Below, one piece after another: positions 25,454 to 37,434 of a stretch of DNA of 64,000 bases. The first letter of the stretch is position 1; the number at the start of each line of letters is the position of its first letter. The translations under genes and the position numbers were made by a program. The notes below the pieces were generated by a model, which was given only the letters and a program-made list of their open reading frames with translations, made no database searches and was not told where the DNA came from. The DNA is from Centroscyllium fabricii. Lineage: Eukaryota. The stretch is taken from assembly GCA_051313645.2 (NCBI GenBank), contig JBNRSN020000003.1, forward strand, positions 442,370,001-442,434,000, read 5' to 3'.

Positions 25454-26287
25454 TTTAGTTTCTGTGTTGTCGCCGTTTTATTCCTGTTTACTCCTGTGGG
25501 AATGTTCAATGCCTCATTATAGAATCATAATGATAGTGCACAGGAGGAGGCCATTCGGCCCTTTGTGAATATGCCGGCTCTTTGAACGAGCGATCCAATT
25601 AGGCCCACTCCTCCCTCCTCTTTCCCAGTAGCCCTGCACATTTTTCCCTTCAAGTAATTATCCAATTCTCCTTTAGAAGTTATTATTGAATTTACTTATA
25701 CTATTATATGCAATATCATATATTTATATTATTTTTTAATTATTATCTTACTATATTTATATTATGGGTAAATATACCGCAATAGACAGAAAGTTTCTGT
25801 ACTTGTAGCAGATTCGAGTTCAACCTCTTTTTTGTGTCCAATCCTCATTTTTAACAATTGAAGAGAACGGCAAGACGACCCGTGATTGCAGAGTGCATTG
25901 TTGCAGCGGCACACAAGTACACACCGGCTTCTCCACCGGGCGGGACCCTGATCCCAGCCAGGCCTAGGCTGAAAGTCAGAGGCTGAATCGCCCTGTTCCC
26001 CTCTCTCTCGCGCACATCTCCCCGCAGCTGCCCTAAGAGCAGCGGCAGAAACCCCAGAGGTGCGCAAGGTACATTTATGTCTTCAGTCAGGAAGTAATGC
26101 AGAGTGGTAAGACGGAAGAAATTGTGCTTTTTATTTTAGGCAACAGTGCTCTTGGACTGTCGAATGAAGTTAAATGTTTCCAATTCACTGCAGCTGCTCT
26201 GTTGCTTGGCCGTTGAAAAGAACACACACACAAAAAACCCACAATTTTGTACAGTCTTTTTCTCTTCTGAAGTGTATATTCAAAGTA

Positions 26288-26915
26288 AACAACAACTTGC
26301 ATTTATATAGCGCCTTTAATGTAGTACACGTACCAAGGCTCTTCACCCGGGCATTATTAAACAAAGTTTGACACCGAGCCCCTATAAGGAGATGTTGGGA
26401 CAGGTGACCAAATGCTTGGTCAGGGGGATAGATTATAAGGAGCGTCTTAAAGGAAGAGGGAGAGGTTTAGGGAGGGAATTCCAGAACTCGTGGGCCCAGG
26501 CATCTGAAGGCACGGCCGCCAATGGTGGAGCGATGGAAATCGGGGATACGCAAGAGGCCAGAGCTGGAGGGGGTGGAGAGATCTCGGAGTGTGGCAGGCA
26601 ACGTTCCTGCTAAGCTGCGCGGGCCGCTCGGCGGTCTGGAGGTCCCGCGCGGGCCGCTCGCCGGCTTTTAAATGCAAGAAACCGCGCCTCTGCGGAATTT
26701 TGAATTCCCCCCCCCCCCCCCCCGCTGCCCGTTAAAGGAACTGCGCACCCAAAAAAAACAAAATAAATAAATAAAAAATTACAGTGAGCATTGGTTGCGG
26801 GGCTGGAGGAGGTGACCGAGATCGGGAGGGAGCTGAAACCATGGAGGGATTTGAAAACGAAGGATGGGAATTTTAAAATCGAGGCGTTGCTGCACCCAGG
26901 AGCCAATGCAGGTCA
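26288..26915 (-). mobile_element. L2 3' fragment
   Basis: Same family as 431-783 and 10140-11265. Confidence 0.75.
26599..26793. mobile_element. Small hAT-like MITE
   Basis: Degenerate TIRs CAACGTTCCTGCTAA/TTACAGTGAGCATTG, 6 of 8 matching flank bases, splits the L2. Confidence 0.5.
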
Positions 26916-27100
26916 GTAATCACACATTTGAATGTGTAGCGTAGATCAGTGGGGATTAGAGTTCACCTGCCTCTTGTCTGCAGCCCTTCATAGAGTAACT
27001 GCTCCATGGGTCTGTAAGCATCTGCACCCAGCCAGCTCTGCGATGTTGCTGGAACCGGGATCGATGAGAGAGAGAGAAAATGGAACTGAATAAAGCTTTG

Positions 27101-27645
27101 TTCAATTCAATTCAATTCAAGTTTTATTGTCATTGCAGAGTACTAGTACAATACAACGAGACGAAGACTCGACGCTCCCGAGAGTAGTGCAAATAAATTA
27201 CATGCAAATTGCATACAGTAAAGTACATTTTCAGGTGTGCAGGTACTGGAGTTTATTTTTAGAGTTCAGGAGGCTGACAGCCCTGGGGAAGAAGCTGTTC
27301 TTAAATCTAGTCGTGCAGGTGCGAATTGATCTGTAGCGTCTCCCGGAGGGCAGCGGGGTGAACAGACTGTGGCTGGGGTGTGTGGGGTCTTTAATAATGT
27401 TCAGAGACTTCCGTAAGCAGCGTTTGAGGTAGATGCTTTCCATTGACGGTAGCTGGGTACCGGTGATTCGTTGGGCAGTTTTGACTACCCACTGCAGGGT
27501 CTTCCGGTCCGAGATGGTGCAATTTCCATACCAGACAGTGATGCAGCTTGTCAGTATGCTTTCGATTGTGCAGGGGTAGAAGTTGGAGAGGATGCCGGAT
27601 GACAGCCTGGCTTTCTTCAGCTTCCTTAGGAAGTACAAGCGCTGT
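27101..27645 (-). mobile_element. Rex1/Babar LINE 3' fragment
   Basis: QRLYFLRKL..IESILT..WYG..DPTHP..LPSGRRYRS..SFFP; tail tgacaataaa(ttgaa)n. Confidence 0.9.
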
Positions 27646-27654
27646 ATGGTTAAA

Positions 27655-28050
27655 TGAAAGAGTAATCTCATTGAAACGTATAACATTTTGACAGGGCTAG
27701 ACAGACTGGATGCAGGGAGGATGTTTTTCCTGGCTGGGGGGTCTCGAACGAGGGGTCACAGTCTCGGGATACAGGGTAGGACATTTAGGACTGAGATGAG
27801 AAATAATCTCTTCACTCAGAGGGTGGTGAACCTGTGGAATTCTCTACCACAGAAGGCTGTGGCGGCCAAATCACTGAATGTATTTAAGAAGGAGATCGAT
27901 AGATTTCTAGACACAAAAGGCATCAAGGGGTATGGGGAGAGAGTGGGAATATGGTATTGAGATAGAGGATCAGCCATGATCATATTGAATGGCGGAGCAG
28001 GCTCGAGGGGCCAAATGGCCGACTCCTGCTCCTATTTTTCTGTGTTTCTA
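27655..28050 (+). mobile_element. CR1 3' fragment
   Basis: GLDRLDAGRMF..RTRGHSL and CR1 tail. Confidence 0.9.
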
Positions 28051-29212
28051 AGCGGGTGGAGTTGCTTTATGCGTGGGGGCTGTGGGAGTCGCAAAGCATT
28101 GTAAAAGTACCTAATTGGCTGTAAAGCGCTTTGGGACACCCCGAGATCGTAAAAGGTGTTCCAGAAATACAAGCCTTTCTGTTTTCTCTTTATTGCACGT
28201 GATTGAGATTCCTCACCTTGACACAAGGTTAGTGAGGACCCCTGGCCGAGATGCCGTAACAATTGCAGCGAGGTAACATTGGGCTCAATTTTAACTCCAG
28301 GTTTCCGCCAGGCCAGAGCAGTTAAAATTGAGCGGCAGTGGGGGGTGAGGAACTTGCCCACTCCTTTCCCGCCCAATCTTGCCAACTGTGATTTTAACTT
28401 GCAGGCGACCCACCCATGGCCGATGGAATCCTCTTTAAATATGAAAATCGGGCTCCGAAGATGTTCTCCCGCGTCCCCAGCTGCATTCAATCACATTTTC
28501 CCCCCTTTTTTTTGTTGACCAAAAGTTACCGTTCTATGGAAATGGTGCTTGTGCGTGACTTTAATGGTACAAATTCACGGGTTGGCTAACATAAATTAAA
28601 TTACCAGAAGAGTTGGCTTCAGTTATCTTTTTCTATCCTCTAACAGTGCAGCAGACAATTCTATCCCAGTAACTAAAAAAGGGGACGTTGTACAGAAGAT
28701 CTTGCATACAGTCCGTATCAATGAGTGTCGATAAATTTAAATTGAAAACATGCGTAGGGAAATAATTGAGATGCAGTTTGATATCGACTCTCCTCTGATA
28801 ACATCCAGGGTGCTCTCTGATTGGATGTCAAATCAGACACTCCCAAGAACTGTCACACTGGTCTAGCAGGGAGGGGGTAGCCCGAGGTAAATCATTGGGG
28901 CTAGGTGATCGTAAGGTTAGTTTTGCTACTAAGCTGTGCCACGTCTGACTCGACAGTGCCATTGGCAAAATATGCCAGCCAGCAAGTACTTCATAGTGCA
29001 ACGATGTGAAGCCTCTCGCCCTGTGAAACACTAAGAAGGAGCGACGTGTGACGAATAAAAAAGGTTTGTCTTCTATTATGTTTGGCAAAACGCTATAACT
29101 AACTGGGGGGCGATACTCACGGCCAATTTTCTTTTTTTTTTTGTTTGAAAATTGGGTTCCGTTTCACTGGGCGGCACATTTTATCCTGTGTGCGTTGGAT
29201 GTGCCTTTTCAG

Positions 29213-29421
29213 CCAATCCACTTACTGCAAACAGAAACTGATTTTCACTCGCCCACTGCAAACCGCTCCAGGGCAGTAATGTTACGACAGAGCACTGACG
29301 AGCCTGTCCCTTCCCAAGATCTCCGGCGTTCTTGCCCTCAAGCGCTTGAAACCCTTGAAATGAAAGAGAGCTTGTACCTAACTCCAGACTGCATCGACGA
29401 CTTCCTGATTCAGCCAATGTG
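29213..29421 (+). CDS. Candidate internal coding exon of an unidentified host gene
   Basis: ccttttcag| acceptor, TG|gtaaac donor, only one of three frames open (PIHLLQTE...DDFLIQPM), unique sequence. Confidence 0.45.
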
Positions 29422-29430
29422 GTAAACCAC

Positions 29431-29693
29431 TGTATATATTATATATATATATGTCTCCCCCTTGTGTCCCCTCCCTGTAACTACTGTAATGCCTCCTTGC
29501 CAGGGAGGACTCACCTGGGAGGACTCCGCTCCTCGGCTTCCTCCCCAGGCTCCGCCCACTGGGTATAAAAGTGCTTGCACACCTGAGTGCTCTCACTTCG
29601 GCTTGGAAGATCATCGGACCTGTGTCCACTTCTATGTTAATAAAAGCCTCGATTACATCTGACCATCGACTGGTAGTAATTGATTGTGCATCA
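29431..29693 (+). mobile_element. Solo LTR (Gypsy-like)
   Basis: TG...CA ends, GC box, gtataaaa, aataaa; degenerate TSD accac/gccat. Confidence 0.7.
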
Positions 29694-30624
29694 GCCATGT
29701 CATGTATTATTGGAAATCCTGCCCCCGAGAGCGGGGAAATGGATGCTGTTGCTTTATTCCCGTGATAACGCAGTCTTCAGGAGCTGGCCAGCGTGTTACA
29801 ACAAGGAGTGGATAAGCAGCAATGCCCCACAACTAAAATAACCTGAAGACATTAGGTGCGGGGATAATGTTTAGTTGAGGGTTTTAAGCAGGTGAAGTGA
29901 GACTGATGTAACCGAACCTTATAATGAAGGAGGGGTGTGTAACAGGCAAGTTGTAGCCGAGAGCCTTGTAGGGTGCAGAACGACGCGTAGTGGGATCTGT
30001 AATAGATCATGAAAGCGAGTGTGGCACGTACAGCAATCACCTATTCACAATGCCACATGTTCTGAGTGACGGCCAGACCCAACATTTCAGCCACCTGTGC
30101 AAAATAAAAAAGATTTGCAATTCTTTTGTCTGTATCCAACCTTGTTGAACTAGGCACATTGCAATTTGGAAAAGGAAGGAAGGCCCTGAGGGGAAGATGA
30201 TTGATGAGGGTGGAGAGGAGGCTGCTGTTGTCAAGACGAGTGTTCTGTAATTCAGTGTCCATTAACAGCTAAGGCCTTAAGGACTTGTATAGATTCCTAG
30301 TCACACCACGTTCACGTTCTGCCCCTCTGGTTGGTGGTTTTGGTATGGACAAGTGTTGCAGAATTAATGACCGGGCATCGTGTACGGATATATTAGCAGG
30401 AGGGGGAGGAGATCTATGGTCAAAATAAGTTTTCAAAACCTAATTGGGGTAACTTGTGTTTTGCCTCTTGGTTTGCTGGTTACCATTTTACCTGCCGATC
30501 GGTGCAGTCCTTTGACAGCACTTAGAAAATCCTTGCTTCATTTTTGATCAAAGCTAACCCCCAGAGTTATTTCTTTGTCCCTTCCCGCCATTAGCTAATT
30601 TAAGAGACACGGGTATCTGCGGTG

Positions 30625-31037
30625 CCACATTGTCCGCATGCCCGATACGAGACTCCCAAAACAAGCGCTCTACTCGGAGCTCCGACACGGCAAGAGAGCC
30701 CCAGGTGGGCAGAGGAAACGCTTCAAGGACACCCTCAAAGCCTCCTTGAAAAAGTGCAACATCCCCACCGACACCTGGGAATCCCTGGCCCAAGACCGCA
30801 CAAAGTGGAGGAGAAGCATCCGGGAAGGTGCCGAACATCTCGAGTCTCTTCGCCGGGAGCAAGCGGGAAGCCAAGCGCAAGGAGCGCACGTCAACCCAAG
30901 CACCCCGCCCTTCAACCACCGTCTGCCCCACCTGTGACAGAGACTGTAGGTCCCGCATTGGACTCATCAGTCACCTGAGAACTCATTTTTAGTGTGGAAG
31001 CAAGTCATCCTCGGTTCTGAGGGACTGCATAAGAAGA
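30625..31037 (+). mobile_element. RTE-clade LINE 3' fragment
   Basis: RMPDTRLPKQALYSEL..GGQRKRFKDTLK..DRTKWR. Confidence 0.9.
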
Positions 31038-31564
31038 GGGTTGCTGTCCGTGCAGCGGATGCCTGAGTAAACGCTGCGCGTGCCAATATAGCTGGGGGTT
31101 GCTAGATACTGCGGTGGTACGCTGAACACTGGAGGTGAGGAGACCAGGTTACATCTCACTCAAAATCAGCGTTCGCCCAGAACGGATTCCAGAGGTGTAT
31201 TAAAGTGTTATTACAAGCTTGGTAATTAAATCATTCTTGCAACTAAATCTGCTGAGCAAGGCGGCATTTATTCTGATTTAAGCCTCAAGTATTGAAATTG
31301 TTAAGCAGCTCAGAACGAGGGCCATCAAAGTACATTGTGAAATACCGCACTGAATTGGAAAAATGTTGAGCAAATAACTTCAGACATCAAAGGATTAAGG
31401 GAGCATTCCAAGTGCAAATTGTGAAATAGGTCAGTGGAAAGATTGATGGGTGAGTTAAGTGACATCACATCTTGGATGTCAAGTCAGCAGATGGTTCTTT
31501 AAAAAAAAAAAAGTGGTCTTGTAGGTAGCCCTTGTATTACTTTGTCAACTATTTTAAATGTACT

Positions 31565-32712
31565 AAGGTATAGAATTGAAAAGTAGGGAAGTTATGCTAT
31601 CGAACCTTGTTTAGATCACACTTGGAATACTGCGTACAGTTCTGGTCACCATATTATAAAAAGGATATAGAGGCACTGGGGAGGGTGCAGAGAAGATTTA
31701 CAAGGATGATACCAGAAATGGGAGGGTATCCATATCAGGAAAGGATGAACAGGCTGGGTCTCATTTCTCTTGAAAAAAGAAAGCTGAGGGGTGACCTAAT
31801 AGAGGTCTTTAAAATCTGCTTTGGGTTGCGAAAATTATCAGGGAATAAGGGGAAATTTCTTCCCAAAATTTGCAACAACATGCCCTGAATTCAAAAATTT
31901 GAACGACCACCAAAAACTCCCATACCTATTGGGGGAACAGAGGGACTGTGTAAAATTAGCAGCAAACTACATCACAGCTTGCCATAAGCAGAGGGACAAC
32001 CAGTGACCATTGAAGCTAGGAAGAGCATACAAGCTCTATATGCGGGTATATATGTATGTGTGTGCGTAGCTATTCATTCAATACGTCTGGTTATGCATTT
32101 GTATGTCCAACTGTATTAGATCTATATGCGGGTTTTTATGTGTAAGTGTATGCATAGTTATTCATTCAATAAGTCTAGTTCTTCTTCTTCTTCGTGTCCA
32201 TATACAAAGCTATTCAGCTTATATAACGTCCAACCAGTGCTTGGTACAAGTCTAGTTATGCATTTGTATGTCCAACTGTGTATGTTCTTTTTTCTGCTTT
32301 GGCAACATAGGATGTATCTTGTCATGCCAATAAAGCAATTTGAATTGAATTGAATTGAATTGAATTGTATACAGAGAGAGTGTTTCCACTTGTGGGGAAG
32401 AGCGTAACTAGAGGCCATTAATATAAGATCGTCACCAAGAAATCCAATTGGGAATTCAGAAGAAACTTCTTTACCCAGAGAGTGGTGAGAATGTGGAACT
32501 CGCTACCACAGGGAGTGGTTGAGGCGAATAGTATAGATGTGTTTAAGGGGAGGCTGGATAAGCATATGAGGGAGAAAGGAATAGAGGGTTACGCTGATAG
32601 AGTTAGATGAGGAAAGACGGGAGGAGGCTTGAGTGGAGCATCAATGCTGGCATGGACTGGGTGGGCCGAATGGCCTGTTTCTGTGCTGTATATCCTGTGT
32701 AATCCTATGTAA
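31565..32712 (+). mobile_element. CR1 3' fragment split by an L2/Crack fragment
   Basis: [20 protein letters not shown], resumes at ~32367. Confidence 0.85.
31826..32366 (+). mobile_element. 5'-truncated copy of the L2/Crack LINE at 59771-64000
   Basis: CENYQGIRGNFFPKF...HKQRDNQ* nearly identical; catgccaataaagc(aattg)n end. Confidence 0.9.
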
Positions 32713-33030
32713 TACCTCATTTTGTCCCAGTCCTATGCAATATTATGCAACTAAGCAGATGTGTAGATCACTAGAGAAGCCTTACAGCAAGGAAGGTTAA
32801 GGGGAGATGTAATAAAGATATTGAAAATTGTGAAAGGTTTTGATGCTCCAAGGCCAATATATTCTTTGCCAGCAAACGACACACTAACCTGAAGGTGGAG
32901 GGGTCACTGGACAGCAGTGGAAAGCAGGTACCCCTGTCTCGTGATATTTTTCCCTCCACCACCCCGCCCCCCGCCCCCGCTCACCTTGGGGAACTTGAGC
33001 CCAATTTAGTGCTGCATCATCATCCAAACT

Positions 33031-33748
33031 GTGTCAGCAGTGGCTCAGTGGGCAGCACGCTCACCTCTGAGTCAGAAGGTCAAGTCCCACTCCAGGAACT
33101 TGAACACATAAATCTAGGCTGACACTCCCAGTGCAGTGCTGAGGGAGTGCCGCACTGTCGGAGGTGCCGTCTTTCGGATGAGATGTTAAACCGAGGCCCC
33201 GTCTGCCCTCTCAGGTGGATGTTAAAGATCCCAGGGCCACTATTTTGAAGAGTTCTCCCCGGTGTCCTGGCCAATATTTATCCCTCAACCAACATCAATT
33301 TAAAAATGTTTTATCTGGTCACTCTCTCTCTCTCTCTCTCGAGTGAAACAGCAGAAAGGACCTTAAGAATTTGAAGAACTTTGTGTGCAGGAGAGGTCGG
33401 AGCGGTGCGAGAACGGGACTTGCGATTGATGGTGCTGGTGAGGTGGCTGCCGTCTCACGGGCTCCGGGCGTGTCGGGCAGCTTAGTGTTCTTTGTTGCGC
33501 GGTGCGTTCGAACCGTGAAAAAAGCATTTCACTGTCTAGATCACACGTGTTGTATTTAGTACACGTGACAAATAAAATTGAAATTGAATATCTCATTGCT
33601 GTTTGTGGGAGCTTGCTGTGCGCAAATTGGCTGCTGCGTTTCCCACATTGCAACAGTGGCTACACTTCAAAAAATACTTCATTGGCTGTAAAGCGCTTTG
33701 GGACGTCCTGAGGTTGTGAAAGGCGCTACAGAAATGCAAGTCTTTCTC
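33031..33748 (+). mobile_element. DeuSINE-like SINE with an internal insertion
   Basis: Head at 33031, resumes at ~33590. Confidence 0.85.
33341..33589 (+). mobile_element. Truncated non-coding retroelement with a Rex1-like tail
   Basis: Homologous to ~48975-49200. Confidence 0.7.
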
Positions 33749-34120
33749 CCAAACTGAGCACAGAGCGGGGATTAAACCTGGGGCTTCTCTGATCTCCTCG
33801 GTTACGCATTCTGTGATATGTTTGCTCACTGAGCCATGAGAGCTGCCCATTGTTTGCTGCATTAACCTGTTGGACTGCAGCCAGCACAACCCAAAGCAGA
33901 TTAATTGCCGGCAGACTCGCTGCTGTTGGCGGGTTTTCACTACGTGGACAATCTCCCTCTGCACTCGCCTACTTAACAGTGACTGAAGCACTTGGAGACA
34001 CTTTTGAGAAATGATTAAAGTGCAACTCTTTCATTTTCATTCCCTCGGGATCGTCCGTCACACAGTCCAGCTATGCCGGATGGCACATTCTCCTCAAAGT
34101 GTGTTCATCTTATTATTTGA

Positions 34121-34333
34121 TAATGTGGAGGTGCCGGTGTTGGACTGGGGTGGACAAATGCAACAAGTCACACAACACCAGATTTATAGTCCAACGGTTT
34201 TATTTTAAATCACAAGCTTTCGGAGCTTTTGCCCCTTCGTCAGGTCACCTGACGAAGGGGCAAAAGCTCCGAAAGCTTGTGATTTAAAATAAAACCGTTG
34301 GACTATAAATCTGGTGTTGTGTGACTTGTTGCA
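34121..34333 (-). mobile_element. Penelope-like fold-back mini-insertion with two opposed hammerheads
   Basis: 87-bp perfect arms around 34246, tail on the left, 12-bp TSD cttattatttga. Confidence 0.9.
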
Positions 34334-34414
34334 CTTATTATTTGAGATCAGTAATGCTACTTCAGAATGGAATTCCTCTCACAGTGGACAACACAGGCTG
34401 CATTCAACAAACCC

Positions 34415-34769
34415 ATCACAGAGTGGCCAGAGAGTGTGTGAGCATGTGATTAATTGAGGAGTCACATTAACATGCTGGGAACGTAAGGAGGCGGAGCTTG
34501 GGCGTGTGTGCAAGTTGCTTAAAGGTGGTTCTTGACCTCCTCGAGCTCACTTGTCGAATAGGCGTATTTGCAGGATGGACTGTGTTGAATTGGGCCGCGA
34601 TATTTCTGAGGGTTACGCCAATCTGTCGTCGTTAGCGGCTGCAGCAGATGACTTGCGCTGCCTGTGAAACTGGTTTGGAGTAAGTAGGTTTCTTTCTCGC
34701 TTTCTTATCAGCACTTGTTCACGGCTATATTTACTGCATTTCCACTGAACCCAGGATATGACTGGCCCG
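34415..34769. repeat. Copy 1 of a ~355-bp local direct duplication
   Basis: Aligns end to end with 36165-36523. Confidence 0.9.
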
Positions 34770-34925
34770 TTCCTGGAGACCCACTGTCCAGATGAACGGA
34801 CAAAGATGACCAGGAAGCTTGGAGAGACTTGGACCCCTGCCTTGCAGGCATGAGGGCTTGTGATCGTAACCCCTGCCTTGTAGGCATGATGGCTTGTGAC
34901 TTTGACCCCTGCCTCGTAGGCATGA

Positions 34926-35504
34926 TGCAAGAAATCACACACCACCAGGTTATAGTCCAACAGTTTTATTTGAAATCACAAGCTTTCCGAGCGCTGCTCC
35001 TTCTTCAGGTGTAAGAGAAATTCATTTCAACACAGCATATATACGAGGGAGAGAGCAGTGTAATCTTTCCAACATCACACCTCAGCGGAGAGACATACAA
35101 AGCGAACAAAGGTGTTTTAACATATTTTAACATATCAATCAGGCACCAGCCTGAGATCAATGATTTCCTGCTGCGATTTCCAGTAAGGAAACTTTTTTTA
35201 AATCATTCTGTGGGTTTTAACACAGACACCAGACTGCAACATTTGACCCTTTGTGACTATACCTCATTGATCTCAGGCTGGTGCCTGATTGATATGTTAA
35301 AATATGTTAAAACACCTTTGTTCGCTTTGTATGTCTCTCTGCTGAGGTGTGATGTTGGAAAGATTACACTGCTCTCTCCCTCCTATATATGCTGAGTTTA
35401 AATGAATTTCTCTTCAACCTGAGGAAGGAGCAGCGCTCCGAAAGCTTGTGATTTCAAATAAAACGGTTGGACTATAACCTGGTGTTGTGTGACTTCTTGC
35501 ATTT
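34926..35504 (+). mobile_element. Penelope-like fold-back insertion (second subfamily); hammerhead core CTGAGGA at 35419
   Basis: ~240-bp inverted arms, gtaggcatg duplicated at the flanks. Confidence 0.9.
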
Positions 35505-35559
35505 GTAGGCATGGGGGCTTGCGACTTTACCGTGACTTGAGCTCTGTGATGTTGTTTTG

Positions 35560-36131
35560 TGCAAGAAGTCACACAGTGAAGGACATTCAGCCTCCGATCC
35601 TCGGGTAAGCATTCTCCAAGGCGGCCTTCGAGACACACGACAACGCAAAATCTTCGAGCAGAGGCTGATAGCCAAATTCCACACCCATGAGGACGGCCTC
35701 AACCGTGATATCGGCTTCATGTCACGCTACATGTGACCCTGCCTGACGTAGAGTCATCCAGACTACAGACATCTTTGTCTTGTAAGGAAATTCCTTTTTT
35801 TTTAAATCATTCTGTGTGTTTTCGCAGACAAGAGGACTGCAGCATTTGACCCTTTGTGACTGTGCCTCATTGATCTCAGACTGATATGTTAAAATATGTT
35901 AATACACCTTTGTCTGCTCTGTTTGTCTCTTTGCTAAGGTGAGATGTGGGAGAGATCGGATTTCTCTCTCCCTTGCATAGGTGCTTTCTTTTGGATCAAC
36001 TTCACTTCACCTGAGGAAGGAGCAGCGCTCCGAAAGCTTGTGATTTAAAATAAAACTGTTGGACTATAACCTGGTGTTGTGTGACTTCTTGCATTTGTCC
36101 ACCCCAGTCCAACACCGGCACCTCCACATCA
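35560..36131 (+). mobile_element. Penelope 3' fragment: GIY-YIG C-terminus, pLTR and tail
   Basis: GHSASDPRVSILQGGLRDTRQRKIFEQRLIAKFHTHEDGLNRDIGFMSRYM* (stop 35734-35736); short inverted 5' piece; TSD atgttgYtttg. Confidence 0.9.
36007..36043 (+). ncRNA. Minimal hammerhead ribozyme
   Basis: tcac-CTGAGGA-a-ggagc agc gctcc-GAAA-gctt-gtga. Confidence 0.8.
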
Positions 36132-36164
36132 TGTTGCTTTGCAATTGTTTTAAAATAAAAGAGT

Positions 36165-36523
36165 ATCACAAAGTGGCCAGAGCGTGTTGTGGGCATGTGA
36201 TTGATTGAGGAATCATATTAACATGCTGGGAGCTTGAGGGGGCGGAGCTTGGGCGTGTGTGCAAGTTGCTTAAAGGTGGTTCTGGACCTCCTCGAGCTCA
36301 CTTGCCGAATAGGCGTATTTGCAGGATGGATTGTGTTGAATTGGGCCGCGATATTTCTGAGGGTGACGCCAATCTGTCGCCGTTAGCGGCTGCAGCGGAT
36401 GGCTTGCGCTGCCTGTGAAACTGGTTTGTTGCAAGTAGGTTTCTCTCTCTGGCTTTCTTATCAGCACTTGTTCACGGCTATATTTTACTGCATTTCCACT
36501 GAACCCAGGCCACGACTGGCCCG
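36165..36523. repeat. Copy 2 of the ~355-bp duplication; contains GC box, GT-like box and CCAAT
   Basis: ggggcggagc, gggcgtg, gccaatc. Confidence 0.9.
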
Positions 36524-37307
36524 CAAAGTCTGCAGGACACAGAAGGCGATTGCTGCGACCCCGCTCCCCCCTCGGAGGGGTCGAGTAACCCACGGGTTTT
36601 GCGCGCACAAGGGGAATGGAGAAAACTGGAGCCAGTCTGTGTGCTGCGTTTACACAATGTGGATGAGCTGGCGGGAGCAGGCTTAGATTTGATATTCTCA
36701 ATCGGCATTCAAAGAGGCTTTGGACAAACGTTCCTCTTGGGTTGAGTTTGCAACGCACCTACACACATAGAATGTTAATTGAACCATAAAGTCGTGTTTT
36801 ACTGCGGTAGTTTTTTTTTTAAACTTGCTTTGATAGTAGGAGCTGCACATGCTGGCTTGTGTGCACCTTTCAAAGCAAAACTCTGCACGGTGCAGTTGGA
36901 TGTTTGTTTTTGTTGGGAGTGTTGGCACTGGGAGCTGATACAGTGGCTCCCGTTTTAAATAGCATATGAACCCAACACCACCCGTTATGGGGATTTCGGT
37001 TTCTAACCCTGGTCGTTTAAAATGAGCTTTACAACTAACAGACGAGCGATGGAAGCAGCCGGAGGAGCTGCCTTGTATTTGTGCACAGTGGTGTGGAGGT
37101 AGTCATTCGGGCTGTTGAGTTGGGTCCTTGTGTTGTGCAGAGCGCCCTATTTGAGGGTTTCAAAATATATATATTTACACCCATTTCATTTAAGTGTCAA
37201 CAAGACTGTTGCGTCACACCTTTTACAAAGAAAGATCAATAATCTTGTGCCCTGAAATTCATGTCCCCTTTAAAGGTCGAAAAGCCATTCTGCTTTTCCT
37301 GAACCAG

Positions 37308-37434
37308 TTTGAAATTGAGTGAAAATCGACAAAGTCTGCAGATGTTGCACATTGGGTCAGACAGGCGCAATTTGAGATTCAGCCTCACCGGTCCCCCAAG
37401 AACTTATTGCTGCAAAATCCCACTCTTTATGTAA
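37308..37434 (+). CDS. Candidate terminal coding exon
   Basis: cttttcctgaaccag| acceptor; phase matches the 29421 donor, giving ..QPMC-LKLSENRQSLQMLHIGSDRRNLRFSLTGPPRTYCCKIPLFM*. Confidence 0.35.

Noticed and set aside
25864-26068. GC-rich candidate exon ending in phase 0 upstream of 29213
   Set aside because: All frames from the best acceptor contain stops; only a weak internal acceptor would rescue it
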